A stretch of DNA of 64,000 bases from Sphingobacteriia bacterium (GCA_011390785.1 JAABRR010000001.1:58742-122741), one strand, 5' to 3'; shown: positions 9,911 through 20,590, numbered from the stretch's first letter. The notes: generated from the letters alone by a model not told the origin. Numbers and translations are program-made.

Positions 9911-10555
9911 CTAAAGTATATATTTAATTGAAAATTGGTTTTCGTTTAAGGGCTTCACAACCGCCATAGGATGAAAAAGATACCTTTTCATATTCACCAG
10001 GCAATAGCATCTGAAACGGGTACGAACTTTTTCTTCCTTTTGGAAAGTTTTTCCATTGGCTGCGATAAAATAGCTGTTAAAAGGTATCTGGTCGATGGTT
10101 ATTTCAATAGTAGGATTTTCATCAAAAGATTTCATTGCTTTCCATAATTTGCTATTGGCAGCAAAGGTTGCTTTAACATTGTAAGAAAACTCAATTACCG
10201 CTTTTTTTAACTCTTCAGGAAGATATTGATTATACAAAGCCTGTTTAAGTAAACTGCCAAATTCTTCCTTCCATTGTTTGCCGTGCGGACTAACTTTTCT
10301 TCCATACTTATTCCAAACCAGCAAATGAGCCAGTTCGTGCAAAAATACCAGGTAAAAAAAATATTTATTGAGATCCCCGTTAATTGAAATACGATGATAA
10401 CGAACTTTTACTCCAGGCCTAAAATCTCCCAATTTTGTAATTCTACCCCGCGTAATTTTCAACTGCACCGAATACTTATCCAACCATCCTGAAACCTGAT
10501 CAACCGTATGTTCAGGAAAATATTTCAACAAAATTTCTTTATGATGCTGTTTCAT
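9911..10555 (-). CDS. SprT-like zinc metalloprotease
   Basis: KLGDFR, LHELAHL and PHGKQWK motifs. Confidence 0.9.
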   Translation of the reverse strand: MKQHHKEILLKYFPEHTVDQVSGWLDKYSVQLKITRGRITKLGDFRPGVKVRYHRISINGDLNKYFFYLVFLHELAHLLVWNKYGRKVSPHGKQWKEEFGSLLKQALYNQYLPEELKKAVIEFSYNVKATFAANSKLWKAMKSFDENPTIEITIDQIPFNSYFIAANGKTFQKEEKVRTRFRCYCLVNMKRYLFHPMAVVKPLNENQFSIKYIL

Positions 10556-10706
10556 TCGGGTATATTAGTGTTGATGGATCGACTGTATCTTCTTTGCTCC
10601 AATGCGGGCAGTCGCAATCGCGCTTTCGTAATATTGAACAGGAAGAAAATAATAACAGTCCTAAAACAAGTATTGCCCAAATGCCGTTTTTATATCTTGA
10701 GATCAT
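10539..10706 (-). CDS. 55-aa lipoprotein with CxC motif (absent from ORF track)
   Basis: Manual translation MISRYKNGIWAILVLGLLLFSSCSILRKRDCDCPHWSKEDTVDPSTLIYPNETAS*; lipobox FSSC; TAGGTTTG promoter at 10763-10770 (-); overlaps the SprT-like start. Confidence 0.8.
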   Translation of the reverse strand: MISRYKNGIWAILVLGLLLFSSCSILRKRDCDCPHWSKEDTVDPSTLIYPNETAS

Positions 10707-11026
10707 GTACCATATTGATTTTAGCCTGATTAATCAATTTATTATGGCCAGTAATTTTGTTGCAAACCTACATATTTTTTTTGAAAACAGCTTCGAAAAT
10801 GGCAGGGAGATTATCCTTAAAATATTGCTCAACACTTTAATCAACAGATAATCCCCAACTCTCATCAATTCGTTAATTATTAACATAATGATTTACTGAA
10901 AATTCAAATATACAGCACACCCGATGCGCTACAAAACAATTTCATTACAAATATGTGTAATTTCGCACGATAAAAGTTGTCTAAGAAAGATATCAACAGG
11001 TATCTGCCATACCAAAACCACTTAAA

Positions 11027-11767
11027 ATGAAGCTTTTTACACTTATTGGTCAATATCTAACACTAATGTTGATGGTGCTTCGCCGTCCACAAAACGCAAA
11101 GATATACCGCCAGAAAATCATTGTTGAAATGGATAATCTGGGGTTGGAAAGTCTTGGTATTGTAGCCATCATTTCAGTTTTTATGGGTGCAGTAGTAACC
11201 ATACAAACAGCCTTTAATACCGACCATCCTTTGCTTCCTATATACGCCGTGGGTTTTGCAACACGCCAATCAATCATACTTGAGTTTTCACCTACTATAG
11301 TAAGCCTGATTCTGGCCGGGAAAGTGGGCTCACGTATTGCTTCAGAAATAGGAACCATGCGTGTTACCGAACAAATTGATGCCTTGGAAGTTATGGGAAT
11401 TAACTCTGCCGGTTATCTTATTTTACCCAAAATAATTGCCAGCATGATTGTAAATCCCATGCTAATAATCATTAGCATCTTTTTGGGTATTTTTGGCGGA
11501 TGGCTCGCATCTTATAGTACCAATGTTTTACCCATTAGCCATTTCACCTACGGTATTTTATTCGAATTTTCACAATATGATGTGGTCTATGCTATCATTA
11601 AAACCATTGTATTTGCATTCTTAATAGCTTCAATTTCGGGCTTTTTTGGTTACAATACCCGTGGCGGGGCTTTGGAAGTGGGCCATTCAAGCACTAAGGC
11701 AGTAGTATTCAGCAGCATTTACATAATAATTTTCAACCTAATCCTAACTCAACTGCTATTGGTATGA
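11027..11767 (+). CDS. mlaE: MlaE-family ABC permease
   Basis: LAGKVGSRIASEIGTMRVTEQIDALEVMG signature. Confidence 0.93.
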   Translation: MKLFTLIGQYLTLMLMVLRRPQNAKIYRQKIIVEMDNLGLESLGIVAIISVFMGAVVTIQTAFNTDHPLLPIYAVGFATRQSIILEFSPTIVSLILAGKVGSRIASEIGTMRVTEQIDALEVMGINSAGYLILPKIIASMIVNPMLIIISIFLGIFGGWLASYSTNVLPISHFTYGILFEFSQYDVVYAIIKTIVFAFLIASISGFFGYNTRGGALEVGHSSTKAVVFSSIYIIIFNLILTQLLLV

Positions 11768-12516
11768 TCGAAATCAGGAATCTTTATAAAGCATTTAATA
11801 ACCTGCCTGTATTAAACAATGTTTCTACCATTTTTCAGAAAGGGAACACCAATTTAATTATTGGACAAAGTGGTTCAGGTAAAACGGTTTTTATGAAGTG
11901 TTTGGTAGGATTGCACGAGCCAGATGAGGGTGGAATATATTACGATAATCTGAATTTTACCAAATTATCATCTCGTGAAAGGTCTCAGGTGCGTAAAAAA
12001 ATTGGGATGCTATTTCAGGGCAGTGCCTTGTTTGATTCTTTAAATGTTGAAGAAAATGTAATTTTCCCCCTGGAGATGTTTAATAAAGATATGACTAAGA
12101 AAGAAAAACTCGAAAGAGCCCATTTTTGCCTTGACCGTGTTAATATACATAATGCCAATCATTTATACCCGGCCGAAATTAGTGGAGGTATGAAAAAGCG
12201 CGTTGCTATTGCCCGAGCTATCGCCAACAAACCAGAATATCTTTTTTGCGATGAACCCAACTCAGGCCTGGATCCGGCCACTGCCATTGTAATTGACAAC
12301 CTTATACGTGAAATTACCAAAGAATTCGAAATTACTACTGTTATCAACACCCACGACATGAACAGTGTAATGGAAATTGGTGATCATGTGGTTTTTCTTT
12401 ACAAAGGCGAATTATGGTGGGAAGGAACTTCTGAGCAAATTCTTACCTCTGGCAACAAAGAGGTTGAAGAATTTGTTTACGCTTCAGAACTGATGCGCAA
12501 ATTGAAAACCAACTAA
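11764..12516 (+). CDS. mlaF: MlaF-family ABC ATPase
   Basis: GQSGSGKT, FQGSALFDS, ISGGMKKRV, DEPNSGLD; ATGA overlap with mlaE. Confidence 0.92.
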   Translation: MIEIRNLYKAFNNLPVLNNVSTIFQKGNTNLIIGQSGSGKTVFMKCLVGLHEPDEGGIYYDNLNFTKLSSRERSQVRKKIGMLFQGSALFDSLNVEENVIFPLEMFNKDMTKKEKLERAHFCLDRVNIHNANHLYPAEISGGMKKRVAIARAIANKPEYLFCDEPNSGLDPATAIVIDNLIREITKEFEITTVINTHDMNSVMEIGDHVVFLYKGELWWEGTSEQILTSGNKEVEEFVYASELMRKLKTN

Positions 12517-12562
12517 AACCCTGTTGCCTTTTTTTGTACTTTTGCACCTTAACTAAGCAGTT

Positions 12563-13813
12563 ATGATTCTTTTTATCAAGCTTTTCAAAGAGAGTGCCCT
12601 GTTTGCCTGGGGTAGTGTTGTATCCAATAAATTACGAACACTGCTTACCTTACTGGGAATAACCATCGGAATTTTTGCTATCATAAGCGTATTTAGTGTT
12701 GTTGATGCTCTGGAAAGGCAGATCAGAACTTCCATTTCTTCCCTGGGAGATAATGTTATTTATATTCAGAAATGGCCCTGGGAGTTTAGCCAGGATTTTG
12801 CCTGGTGGAAATACATGAACCGCCCCAGTCCACGCCCTTCTGAACTTGATGAGATTTTTCGTCGTACCAACATTCTTGAATCAGCAGTATTCACCGCCTC
12901 AACAAACCGAACCGTAGAATATTTCAACAGAAGCATTGAACAGGTTAATATTCTCAGCGTAAGCCAGGATTACGACAAAGTAAGATCTTTTGAAATAGAT
13001 GCAGGTAGATTCATTTCTCTTACGGAGTCGGGATCGGGCAGAAATGTTGCCGTAATAGGAAGTAAAATAGCATCCCAGCTATTCGAAAATGATAACCCCA
13101 TTGGTAATATCATTAAAATATTTGGGAGAAACATTGAAGTAATAGGTGTTTTCGCCCCTGAAGGTGATGATACATTCGGTAACAATCACGATGAAATGAT
13201 TGTGCTGCCTCTAAACTTTGTAAATTCCTTTATTGATGTAAGTAGTGACCGTTATGGTCCGGTAATCCTGGCAAAAGGCAAAGAGAACTTTTCAAACGAT
13301 GAATTAACCGATGAATTGCGCGGGGTTATGCGTTCCATCCGAAAAATAAAACCTGCTGCCGAAGATGATTTTGCGCTTAACCAAACAAGCCTTCTATCAC
13401 GTCAGTTCGACGGCCTTTTTGCTATTTTAAAAATTGCCGGCTGGATAATAGGTGGATTTTCAATACTGGTAGGTGGTTTTGGAATTGCCAATATAATGTT
13501 TGTATCGGTTAAAGAAAGAACTACCATAATAGGGATACAAAAAGCATTGGGAGCCAAGAACTTTTTTATTCTCATCCAGTTTTTATCCGAAGCAGTACTG
13601 CTGAGCCTTATGGGCGGATCCATTGGGTTGCTATTGGTTTTTGGAGGCACTTTTATTGCCAGCCAACTGTTTGATATGGATTTGCTTATCCAAATGAAAA
13701 ATGTTTTATTGGGAGTTAATGTTTCTGTTATTATTGGCCTTGTAGCTGGGTTCATTCCAGCGTGGTCTGCCGCTCATCTAAACCCGGTAGATGCCATTAG
13801 AGCAAATACATAG
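12563..13813 (+). CDS. MacB/FtsX-family ABC permease
   Basis: LRTLLTLLGITIG, VGGFGIANIMFVSVKERT, LNPVDAIR. Confidence 0.92.
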   Translation: MILFIKLFKESALFAWGSVVSNKLRTLLTLLGITIGIFAIISVFSVVDALERQIRTSISSLGDNVIYIQKWPWEFSQDFAWWKYMNRPSPRPSELDEIFRRTNILESAVFTASTNRTVEYFNRSIEQVNILSVSQDYDKVRSFEIDAGRFISLTESGSGRNVAVIGSKIASQLFENDNPIGNIIKIFGRNIEVIGVFAPEGDDTFGNNHDEMIVLPLNFVNSFIDVSSDRYGPVILAKGKENFSNDELTDELRGVMRSIRKIKPAAEDDFALNQTSLLSRQFDGLFAILKIAGWIIGGFSILVGGFGIANIMFVSVKERTTIIGIQKALGAKNFFILIQFLSEAVLLSLMGGSIGLLLVFGGTFIASQLFDMDLLIQMKNVLLGVNVSVIIGLVAGFIPAWSAAHLNPVDAIRANT

Positions 13814-13906
13814 CACCCATAGACTGTGAAAAATTACTTTAAGTGCTCCCTAAAAAAACGTATTAAATATAAATAGATAAAATCTAATTGAATAACTTTA
13901 AGTAAA

Positions 13907-15430
13907 ATGAACAACAAAAAAGTAATACTTGTAATTATGGACGGATGGGGCATGGGTAAAGGAGATCGCTCAGATATTATCTCTAATGCCAACGTCCCTT
14001 TTACCAATAGTTTGAACGAAAAAGCAGCGTTTAATACCCTAAGAACTTCCGGCGAAGACGTAGGTCTGCCCGAAGGGCAAATGGGAAACTCAGAAGTTGG
14101 GCACCTTAACATTGGCGCTGGCAGAGTAGTTTACCAAGATCTGGTTAAAATATCCAAAGCCATTAAAGACAAAACTTTTCATGAAAACGAAGTTTTAACC
14201 GAAGCCTTCGAATACGCAAAAAAAGAAAATAAGAAGATTCACCTTCTGGGCCTGGTTTCAAATGGAGGGGTACATTCTGCTATGGACCATCTTTTCGGTT
14301 TTTGCGATGTTGCCAAAGAACAAAACTTCGATCAACTATACATTCATGCTTTTACCGATGGTCGCGACACTGACCCCAAAAGTGGACTGGGCTTTATCAG
14401 AGAACTGGAAGATCATCTGGAAAAATCGGCTGGAAAAATTGCTACAGTATGTGGTCGCTATTATGCCATGGACCGGGATAAGCGCTGGGAACGGATTAAA
14501 CTGGCCTATGATATGCTTGTAAAAGGAGAAGGGGAAAAATTCTTATCAGCAGCAGATGCCATAAAATCATCATACAACGAAGATGTAACAGACGAATTTA
14601 TAAAACCAAAAGTACTTACTGGTGATGGAGAAAAACCCATTGCCACCATTGATGAAAATGACGTGGTAATTTGCTTTAATTTCCGCACCGACCGTTTGCG
14701 TGAGATAACAACCGTTCTAACCCAGAAAGATATGCCCGATCACAGCATGAAAACCATGCCCCTGCACTATCTTACCATGACCAAATACGATGATTCTTTC
14801 AAAAACGTGAAAATCATCTACGATAAGGACGACCTGAAAAATACCATGGGCGAAATTTTAGAAAACCATGGTAAAACCCAGCTGCGCATTGCCGAAACAG
14901 AAAAATATCCTCACGTTACGTTTTTCTTTAGCGGTGGACGCGAAAGCGAGTTTAAAGGCGAAGAACGTTTGATGGTTTCATCTCCCAAAGTTGCCACCTA
15001 CGATATGCAACCCGAAATGAGTGCCATTGAAGTTAAAGACATGGTTGTGGCCGAAATTAAAAAGCAAAAATTCGACTTTATCTGCCTAAACTTTGCCAAT
15101 GCTGATATGGTAGGTCATACTGGAATTTACGAAGCCATTAAAAAAGCGGTTGAAACCGTTGATGAATGTGTAAAAGAAGTTACCGAAACAGCAGTTGACA
15201 ATGGTTACACTGTACTAATCACAGCCGACCACGGAAACGCTGATTTTGCCTTCAACGAAGATGGTTCGCCCAATACAGCGCACACTACCAACCCCGTGCC
15301 GCTATGGATGATTGATACAGACTATAAATCGCTCAAAGATGGCGGTCGTCTCGCAGACCTGGCTCCTACCATTTTGCATATTATGGATATTGAAGCACCT
15401 GCTGAAATGGATGGGAAGATTCTTGTTTAG
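13907..15430 (+). CDS. gpmI: 2,3-bisphosphoglycerate-independent phosphoglycerate mutase
   Basis: GQMGNSEVGH, DGRDT, AETEKYPHVT, DMVGHTG and ADHGN motifs. Confidence 0.98.
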   Translation: MNNKKVILVIMDGWGMGKGDRSDIISNANVPFTNSLNEKAAFNTLRTSGEDVGLPEGQMGNSEVGHLNIGAGRVVYQDLVKISKAIKDKTFHENEVLTEAFEYAKKENKKIHLLGLVSNGGVHSAMDHLFGFCDVAKEQNFDQLYIHAFTDGRDTDPKSGLGFIRELEDHLEKSAGKIATVCGRYYAMDRDKRWERIKLAYDMLVKGEGEKFLSAADAIKSSYNEDVTDEFIKPKVLTGDGEKPIATIDENDVVICFNFRTDRLREITTVLTQKDMPDHSMKTMPLHYLTMTKYDDSFKNVKIIYDKDDLKNTMGEILENHGKTQLRIAETEKYPHVTFFFSGGRESEFKGEERLMVSSPKVATYDMQPEMSAIEVKDMVVAEIKKQKFDFICLNFANADMVGHTGIYEAIKKAVETVDECVKEVTETAVDNGYTVLITADHGNADFAFNEDGSPNTAHTTNPVPLWMIDTDYKSLKDGGRLADLAPTILHIMDIEAPAEMDGKILV

Positions 15431-15477
15431 ATTATCTAACCAAACGCAGACTAACTAACCATACTCAGACCAAACAT

Positions 15478-15520
15478 TATAAAAAACCTGCTGATCAAAT
15501 TCGTTAGCAGGTTTTTTATA
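15478..15520. terminator. Bidirectional intrinsic terminator
   Basis: TATAAAAAACCTGCTGA...TTAGCAGGTTTTTTATA between convergent genes. Confidence 0.85.
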
Positions 15521-15536
15521 GATTCTAAGTTTATAA

Positions 15537-16043
15537 TTATTCCTTCAACTTTTCCACCAACCGCTTCATAAGTAGTAGCATCGTTTTTGGATTGGTACTG
15601 GTAATCAAATTGTTATCTTCAACCCAGTCCGCGCCGGTATAATTAGCACCGGCGTTAATAAGATCATCCTTTATGGCAAAAAAGCCGGTTACATTTCGGC
15701 CTTTAACTATTCCGGCAGATATCATCAACCAGGGTCCGTGACAAACCGATGCAATGATCTTACCCGCTTCATCATGTTTCTTAACAAACGAAATAATTTC
15801 CTGGTCTCTTCTAAACAAGTCAGGGGCATAACCACCGGGAATAAAAACACAATCGAAAACCTGGTCTTTCACCTCTGCAAAAGTTACATCGGGAGAAAAG
15901 CTCTGACCTCCTTTACCCTGATAAACCTTCTTTTCGGGAGCTGCTGATACAACATCAAAACCCTCTTCTTTCAACCTCATGTAAGGATATTGGAATTCAG
16001 AATCTTCAACCAATTTTTCGAGTAGTACAATTACTTTTTTCAT
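15537..16043 (-). CDS. PfpI/DJ-1 family protein
   Basis: EDSE, IPGGYAPD, SVCHGP nucleophile elbow. Confidence 0.93.
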   Translation of the reverse strand: MKKVIVLLEKLVEDSEFQYPYMRLKEEGFDVVSAAPEKKVYQGKGGQSFSPDVTFAEVKDQVFDCVFIPGGYAPDLFRRDQEIISFVKKHDEAGKIIASVCHGPWLMISAGIVKGRNVTGFFAIKDDLINAGANYTGADWVEDNNLITSTNPKTMLLLMKRLVEKLKE

Positions 16044-16314
16044 AACATGTTTGTTTTACTGATTTTTTATAATACGTTCAAAAAAAAAATTAACTTAACG
16101 TGATGTAGTTATTTATTTCACAATATTAATACCTTCTGGAAATTGTCTTTTCAGTTAATTTATAACATGTTAACAACCAATTGCCGCCGATGTTTGGAAT
16201 TAATCTTTTTTGGAATATTTCCAAAAATCACATTACTTTTATGCCCGGAATCTTCAGGTATTCTGATGACTTTAATTCGTAAGCTAATTGGTATAGAACT
16301 TTAACAAAAGACGT

Positions 16315-17826
16315 ATGCTGAAAATACAAGAAAAATTATCGAACCCCTTTTACACCCTGTTGGCTTTGCCCGCAACAGCAATGGGCTTTGCACTGGCAGT
16401 TCAGATTGCAGCCTTGAGCTGGATTTTACGAACTGAATTTGGCTTTGAGATTTTTGAGATTGGCATTGTATGGGCCACGGGTCCGGTTGCCGGCATCTTT
16501 GGTCAGGTAATAATTGGGGTGGTTAGTGATAATGTTTGGCTATGGAATGGACGGCGACGTCCTTTTATTCTTTTTGGAGGTACATTGGCTGCCTTAATGA
16601 TCTTAAGTCTTCCGAATATCGCGCTGATATCCAGTTTCCTAGGTGTAACCAATATCCTGATTATTGCCGTTTTGGTTTCGCTCACCCTTGATTTATCTAT
16701 TAACGTAAGTTTTAACCCTACACGCTCAATTATTGCTGATGTAACCCCTGAGGGCCGGGCCAGGACAAAAGGTTACACCTGGATGCAAACTGTTTCCGGC
16801 TTTTTTGGTGTGATGGCTTATGTGGTGGGAGCAAAATTTGGAAATTATTTTTTATTGTATAGCGGCGCAGTGCTGGTTTTGGTTTTTTCAATTATTCCTA
16901 CCCTTCTAATCCAGGAACCGCGCTATATTACTGGTAAGGATGAAGGTCCTCTGGGGCGACTGGACCCCTTGCTGGCAGCTACAATTTCCATCCTTATTCC
17001 CGGGTCGGGACATTGGTATGGCAAGAATTTAAAAAAAGGTATCCTTTTGCTACTGGTTACCGGGCTGCTTTATACCGCAGGTGTCTCGCTAATTGGAAAT
17101 ATCTGGCTATCTGTTCCTGCATTTGTAATTGCTGGTGTTATTCACGTTTTTGCCATTGTTGATGCTTTTAACCTGATAGGAAAAGCCAACAGAAAAAATC
17201 CTGAGTTGGCAGCTATACTCGATAACGACAAAACTGAATGGGGTCAATTATTCAGGTTGTACTTTGCCCATGGATTTTCATGGCTGGGCGTTCAATCTAT
17301 GTTTGTATACATTATCTTTTTTCTTGAAGATCAGCTCGTTCCTCTTGGATTCGAAAATACCGATGTAATGATTAGTGTTTCGTTTGCCGTGCTCAACACC
17401 GTGGGATTTCTTTTACCTGCGCTCCTTTTTGAACCCCTGGCAGCAAAAATTGGCAGGGTAAAGATACACACCGTGGCCATTGCTATTATGGCAGTGGCAT
17501 ACTTTGCTATGGGATTTATCGTTAGCACACCTATGACTCTTTATATTTTAATGGGGGTTGCTGGCATTGGATGGGGAGCCGTTGTAAGCCTTCCCTTTGC
17601 TATAATGTCTGAAAATGTTGACCGAAACCGAATGGGATTTTTCATGGGAGTTTTCAACCTTTCAGTAGTAATCCCTCACCTTATTGTGAGTTTCGTGTTC
17701 AGTATTATCATAAGTCAGTTTGCCAGTAAGGATATGCTGTTTATCCTTTGTGGTGTAATGTTAACCATTTCAACAATCCTTTGGTTTTTCGTAAAAGAGA
17801 AACAAGTAGGTGAACTTAATTCATAA
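16315..17826 (+). CDS. MFS sugar transporter (maltose/sucrose-permease-like) with an inserted hydrophobic module
   Basis: SD..W.WNGRRRPFIL, FNPTRSIIAD, MGFFMGVFNLSVVIP; extra helices in the central loop. Confidence 0.85.
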   Translation: MLKIQEKLSNPFYTLLALPATAMGFALAVQIAALSWILRTEFGFEIFEIGIVWATGPVAGIFGQVIIGVVSDNVWLWNGRRRPFILFGGTLAALMILSLPNIALISSFLGVTNILIIAVLVSLTLDLSINVSFNPTRSIIADVTPEGRARTKGYTWMQTVSGFFGVMAYVVGAKFGNYFLLYSGAVLVLVFSIIPTLLIQEPRYITGKDEGPLGRLDPLLAATISILIPGSGHWYGKNLKKGILLLLVTGLLYTAGVSLIGNIWLSVPAFVIAGVIHVFAIVDAFNLIGKANRKNPELAAILDNDKTEWGQLFRLYFAHGFSWLGVQSMFVYIIFFLEDQLVPLGFENTDVMISVSFAVLNTVGFLLPALLFEPLAAKIGRVKIHTVAIAIMAVAYFAMGFIVSTPMTLYILMGVAGIGWGAVVSLPFAIMSENVDRNRMGFFMGVFNLSVVIPHLIVSFVFSIIISQFASKDMLFILCGVMLTISTILWFFVKEKQVGELNS

Positions 17827-17887
17827 AGGCCTAAAGAATCACTTTAATAAATCAGAATTTTTTAATCTAATAAGACCATTATCATAA

Positions 17888-19288
17888 ATGAAAAAACTCA
17901 GCATTATTCTTGTTGCCATATTTTTTATGGCTTGCTCATCCAATGAAAACAAAACAACACAGGTAACATTAAAAGTATCAAATTCCTTTGATCAGGAAGC
18001 GGAAATTGTTATCCTGAAAGACTTTATCAATTACGAACAGGAAAACTTTTTGGCACAACCCAATGAAGATGGCCTTTTCACTTTCGAGATTTCTATATCA
18101 CATCCGCAGACGGCTTACCTAACTGTTGGACAAAATCGTATCTCACTTTTTTTAAATAAAGGAGGAGATTTGCACATAAACGCAGATGCAGAAGACTTTT
18201 ACAACTCGCTGAAATTTTCAGGAAAGTATGCAGCGGAAAATAATCTCCTGGTTTACTCTTATACTACAGAAATACTTGAAAATTACAGCCAATCTGTAAC
18301 ATTTAATAAATATCGGACTACCCAGGCCGATGAATTTATCAGTTATGCAGATCAGATGTTGAATGATGCACGTGAACTCCTTAGTGCAAAAGACCTTAGC
18401 AGGGACTTTAAAAACCATTATACTACTGATATTACCTACACCTACTACACAATGTTGCTTAATTTTTCTGATTATCATGAGTATTTTAATGGTGTGAAAC
18501 CACAAGTTCCGGATGATTATTACAGTTTTCTGGACAAGGCTCTCGACTATTCGGAAAAAGACTTTTACGTGGGATCTTTTAGCAGTTTTCTAGATAATTA
18601 TCTTCAATATTACATCAGAAATAACCAGGAAGAAATTCCTGCTGAACTCGATTATTTTGAACAAGCGCATTGGGCAGCGAACCAACTCTATAGCGGTAGA
18701 GCAAAATATTTTACTTTGGCAAATGCCATAAACACATCCTTAAGTTATGGAAACTTCGAAAAATCCAAACAGTTTTTCGATGAATACAAAGAAGAGAATC
18801 CATATCCTGAGTATACTGCCCTTTTGCAAAAATCTTATGAAGATGCCCAAAGAGTAGCGCCAGGCAATGTAGCACCTTCTTTTTCCCTAACCGACATTGA
18901 TGGGAACCCCGTTTCACTGGAAGATTTTAAAGGTAAAGTGGTTTATCTCGACTTCTGGGCAAGCTGGTGCGGCCCCTGCATGCGCGAAGTGCCCCATGCC
19001 AAAGAGTTAAAAGAACGCTTTGAAGGACAAAATGACCTCGTATTTCTCTACATTTCTGTAGATGAAGACCTGGATGCATGGAAAAACACTGTTGCCCAGC
19101 ATGAAATAAAAGGTGTTCATCTTAATATACAGGGAATGGGCAACGAAACAGCAGAATTATACAATGTTAAAGGCGTTCCTACATTTTATATTATTGACAG
19201 AGAAGGCATTATCTATGACAACAATCCTGGAAGACCATCATCTGGAGATCTTATTGACCAACAACTAAGGGATGCCCTGGGAGTGTAA
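17888..19288 (+). CDS. TlpA-family thiol-disulfide oxidoreductase lipoprotein
   Basis: Lipobox FMAC; C-terminal DFWASWCGPC thioredoxin fold. Confidence 0.92.
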   Translation: MKKLSIILVAIFFMACSSNENKTTQVTLKVSNSFDQEAEIVILKDFINYEQENFLAQPNEDGLFTFEISISHPQTAYLTVGQNRISLFLNKGGDLHINADAEDFYNSLKFSGKYAAENNLLVYSYTTEILENYSQSVTFNKYRTTQADEFISYADQMLNDARELLSAKDLSRDFKNHYTTDITYTYYTMLLNFSDYHEYFNGVKPQVPDDYYSFLDKALDYSEKDFYVGSFSSFLDNYLQYYIRNNQEEIPAELDYFEQAHWAANQLYSGRAKYFTLANAINTSLSYGNFEKSKQFFDEYKEENPYPEYTALLQKSYEDAQRVAPGNVAPSFSLTDIDGNPVSLEDFKGKVVYLDFWASWCGPCMREVPHAKELKERFEGQNDLVFLYISVDEDLDAWKNTVAQHEIKGVHLNIQGMGNETAELYNVKGVPTFYIIDREGIIYDNNPGRPSSGDLIDQQLRDALGV

Positions 19289-19378
19289 CAACTTCCTTTT
19301 TATTAAAAAGGATTTACCTGGAGTAACCGCTCAGCGATTAAAAATGGCTGTAAGGAAACTTATTTCTTTCCATTAATT

Positions 19379-19408
19379 TGTAATTCAGATTTTTTCTCAA
19401 CGACAAAT
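19379..19408 (+). promoter_or_regulatory. ECF-type promoter, probably autoregulatory
   Basis: TGTAAT-N16-CGACAAAT immediately upstream of the ECF sigma gene. Confidence 0.6.
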
Positions 19409-19425
19409 CAACAACTACAAGCCTG

Positions 19426-19911
19426 GTGCAAGAAAACGATTTTTTACGTACTATCGAGTTACATCGCGGCATCATTTTCAAGGTGTGTAAAATGTATTGC
19501 CCGGTTAACGATGACTGTGATGATCTCTACCAGGACATTGTAGCCCAGCTATGGAAAGCATGGAGCGGATTTCGGGGTGATGCAAAAATTAGCACATGGA
19601 TATATCGTATTGCTTTAAATACAGCAATTTCTGGCTTCAGGAAACAAAAACGTAACCCACTGAATAATTCGCTTGATACGAATGACATCAATATTTCTCA
19701 AGACGATGGAAGGACAAAAAAGGAAGACCTTGAGATGTTACACATGGCTATTGGCATGCTTTCGGATGTTGAAAAAGCCATGATCATGCTATACCTTGAA
19801 GATGTTTCCTATGAAGAAATTTCATCAATAATGGGTATAACACAAAATAACGTAAGGGTTAAAATGCTTCGTATCAGAGAAAAACTGAAAAACATTATGA
19901 CCAAAACATAA
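19426..19911 (+). CDS. ECF RNA polymerase sigma factor
   Basis: DLYQDIVAQLWK, STWIYRIALNTA, region-4 SYEEIS..MGIT..NVRVK. Confidence 0.95.
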   Translation: MQENDFLRTIELHRGIIFKVCKMYCPVNDDCDDLYQDIVAQLWKAWSGFRGDAKISTWIYRIALNTAISGFRKQKRNPLNNSLDTNDINISQDDGRTKKEDLEMLHMAIGMLSDVEKAMIMLYLEDVSYEEISSIMGITQNNVRVKMLRIREKLKNIMTKT

Positions 19912-19921
19912 TAATTAATGA

Positions 19922-20569
19922 ATGGATGAGTTAAAGAAATTCAAACAAATCTGGGATAGTTCGCTGGATGAACAATCTGAGAATATCGATCAGGAAAAAA
20001 TACTTACGATTATGCATAAAAAATCGTCAGGCCCTATCGATAAGCTTAAGAAAAGCCTGTATCTCGAAATTGGTACCATAGTGCTGGTTATTCCGCTTTT
20101 GGTAGCAATATTGTTTAAACTTCCAGAACCATATTTCAGAATAAATACCCTTATTCTTATCCTTGTTTTTACAGGGGTGTTGGTTTACTATTACATAAAC
20201 CTTCGTCAAATAACAAAATTATGGGATAAAAGTCAGGATAACATCAGGCAATCTCTCGAAAGCACCCTGATATTATTACGCTTTTTCAGAAAAACCTATT
20301 TCATCCTAAACATTGTCTTATTTCCGCTGGGAATCTATTTTGGTTATATTATAGGATTTGGAATAGGTTCTGGTGGAGAAAAAATAACTTCACTGTTATT
20401 ACTTAACCATCAGCCAATCTGGGTCAATATATTTTTATGGCTGTCTATCTTTGTAATTTTATTCGTGTTTTTTTGGTTTTTCCTTCGCTTTTATGTAAAA
20501 AAACTCTATGATGTACACATTCAAAAGCTGGAATTGTTGCACAATGAACTTACTGAAAACGATTTATAA
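19922..20569 (+). CDS. Four-TM membrane protein, probable anti-sigma factor
   Basis: MDELK..W N-terminus, four hydrophobic helices, directly follows the ECF gene. Confidence 0.7.
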   Translation: MDELKKFKQIWDSSLDEQSENIDQEKILTIMHKKSSGPIDKLKKSLYLEIGTIVLVIPLLVAILFKLPEPYFRINTLILILVFTGVLVYYYINLRQITKLWDKSQDNIRQSLESTLILLRFFRKTYFILNIVLFPLGIYFGYIIGFGIGSGGEKITSLLLLNHQPIWVNIFLWLSIFVILFVFFWFFLRFYVKKLYDVHIQKLELLHNELTENDL

Positions 20570-20590
20570 GAAATCGAAAACCACTCATGA

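Noticed and set aside
10508-10851. Plus-strand ORFs 10508-10729 and 10594-10851
   Set aside because: No motifs, and they are antisense to the better-supported small lipoprotein gene.
11027-12516. mlaEF without mlaD as an unusual system
   Set aside because: Split mla loci are common in Bacteroidota, so mlaD is probably elsewhere.
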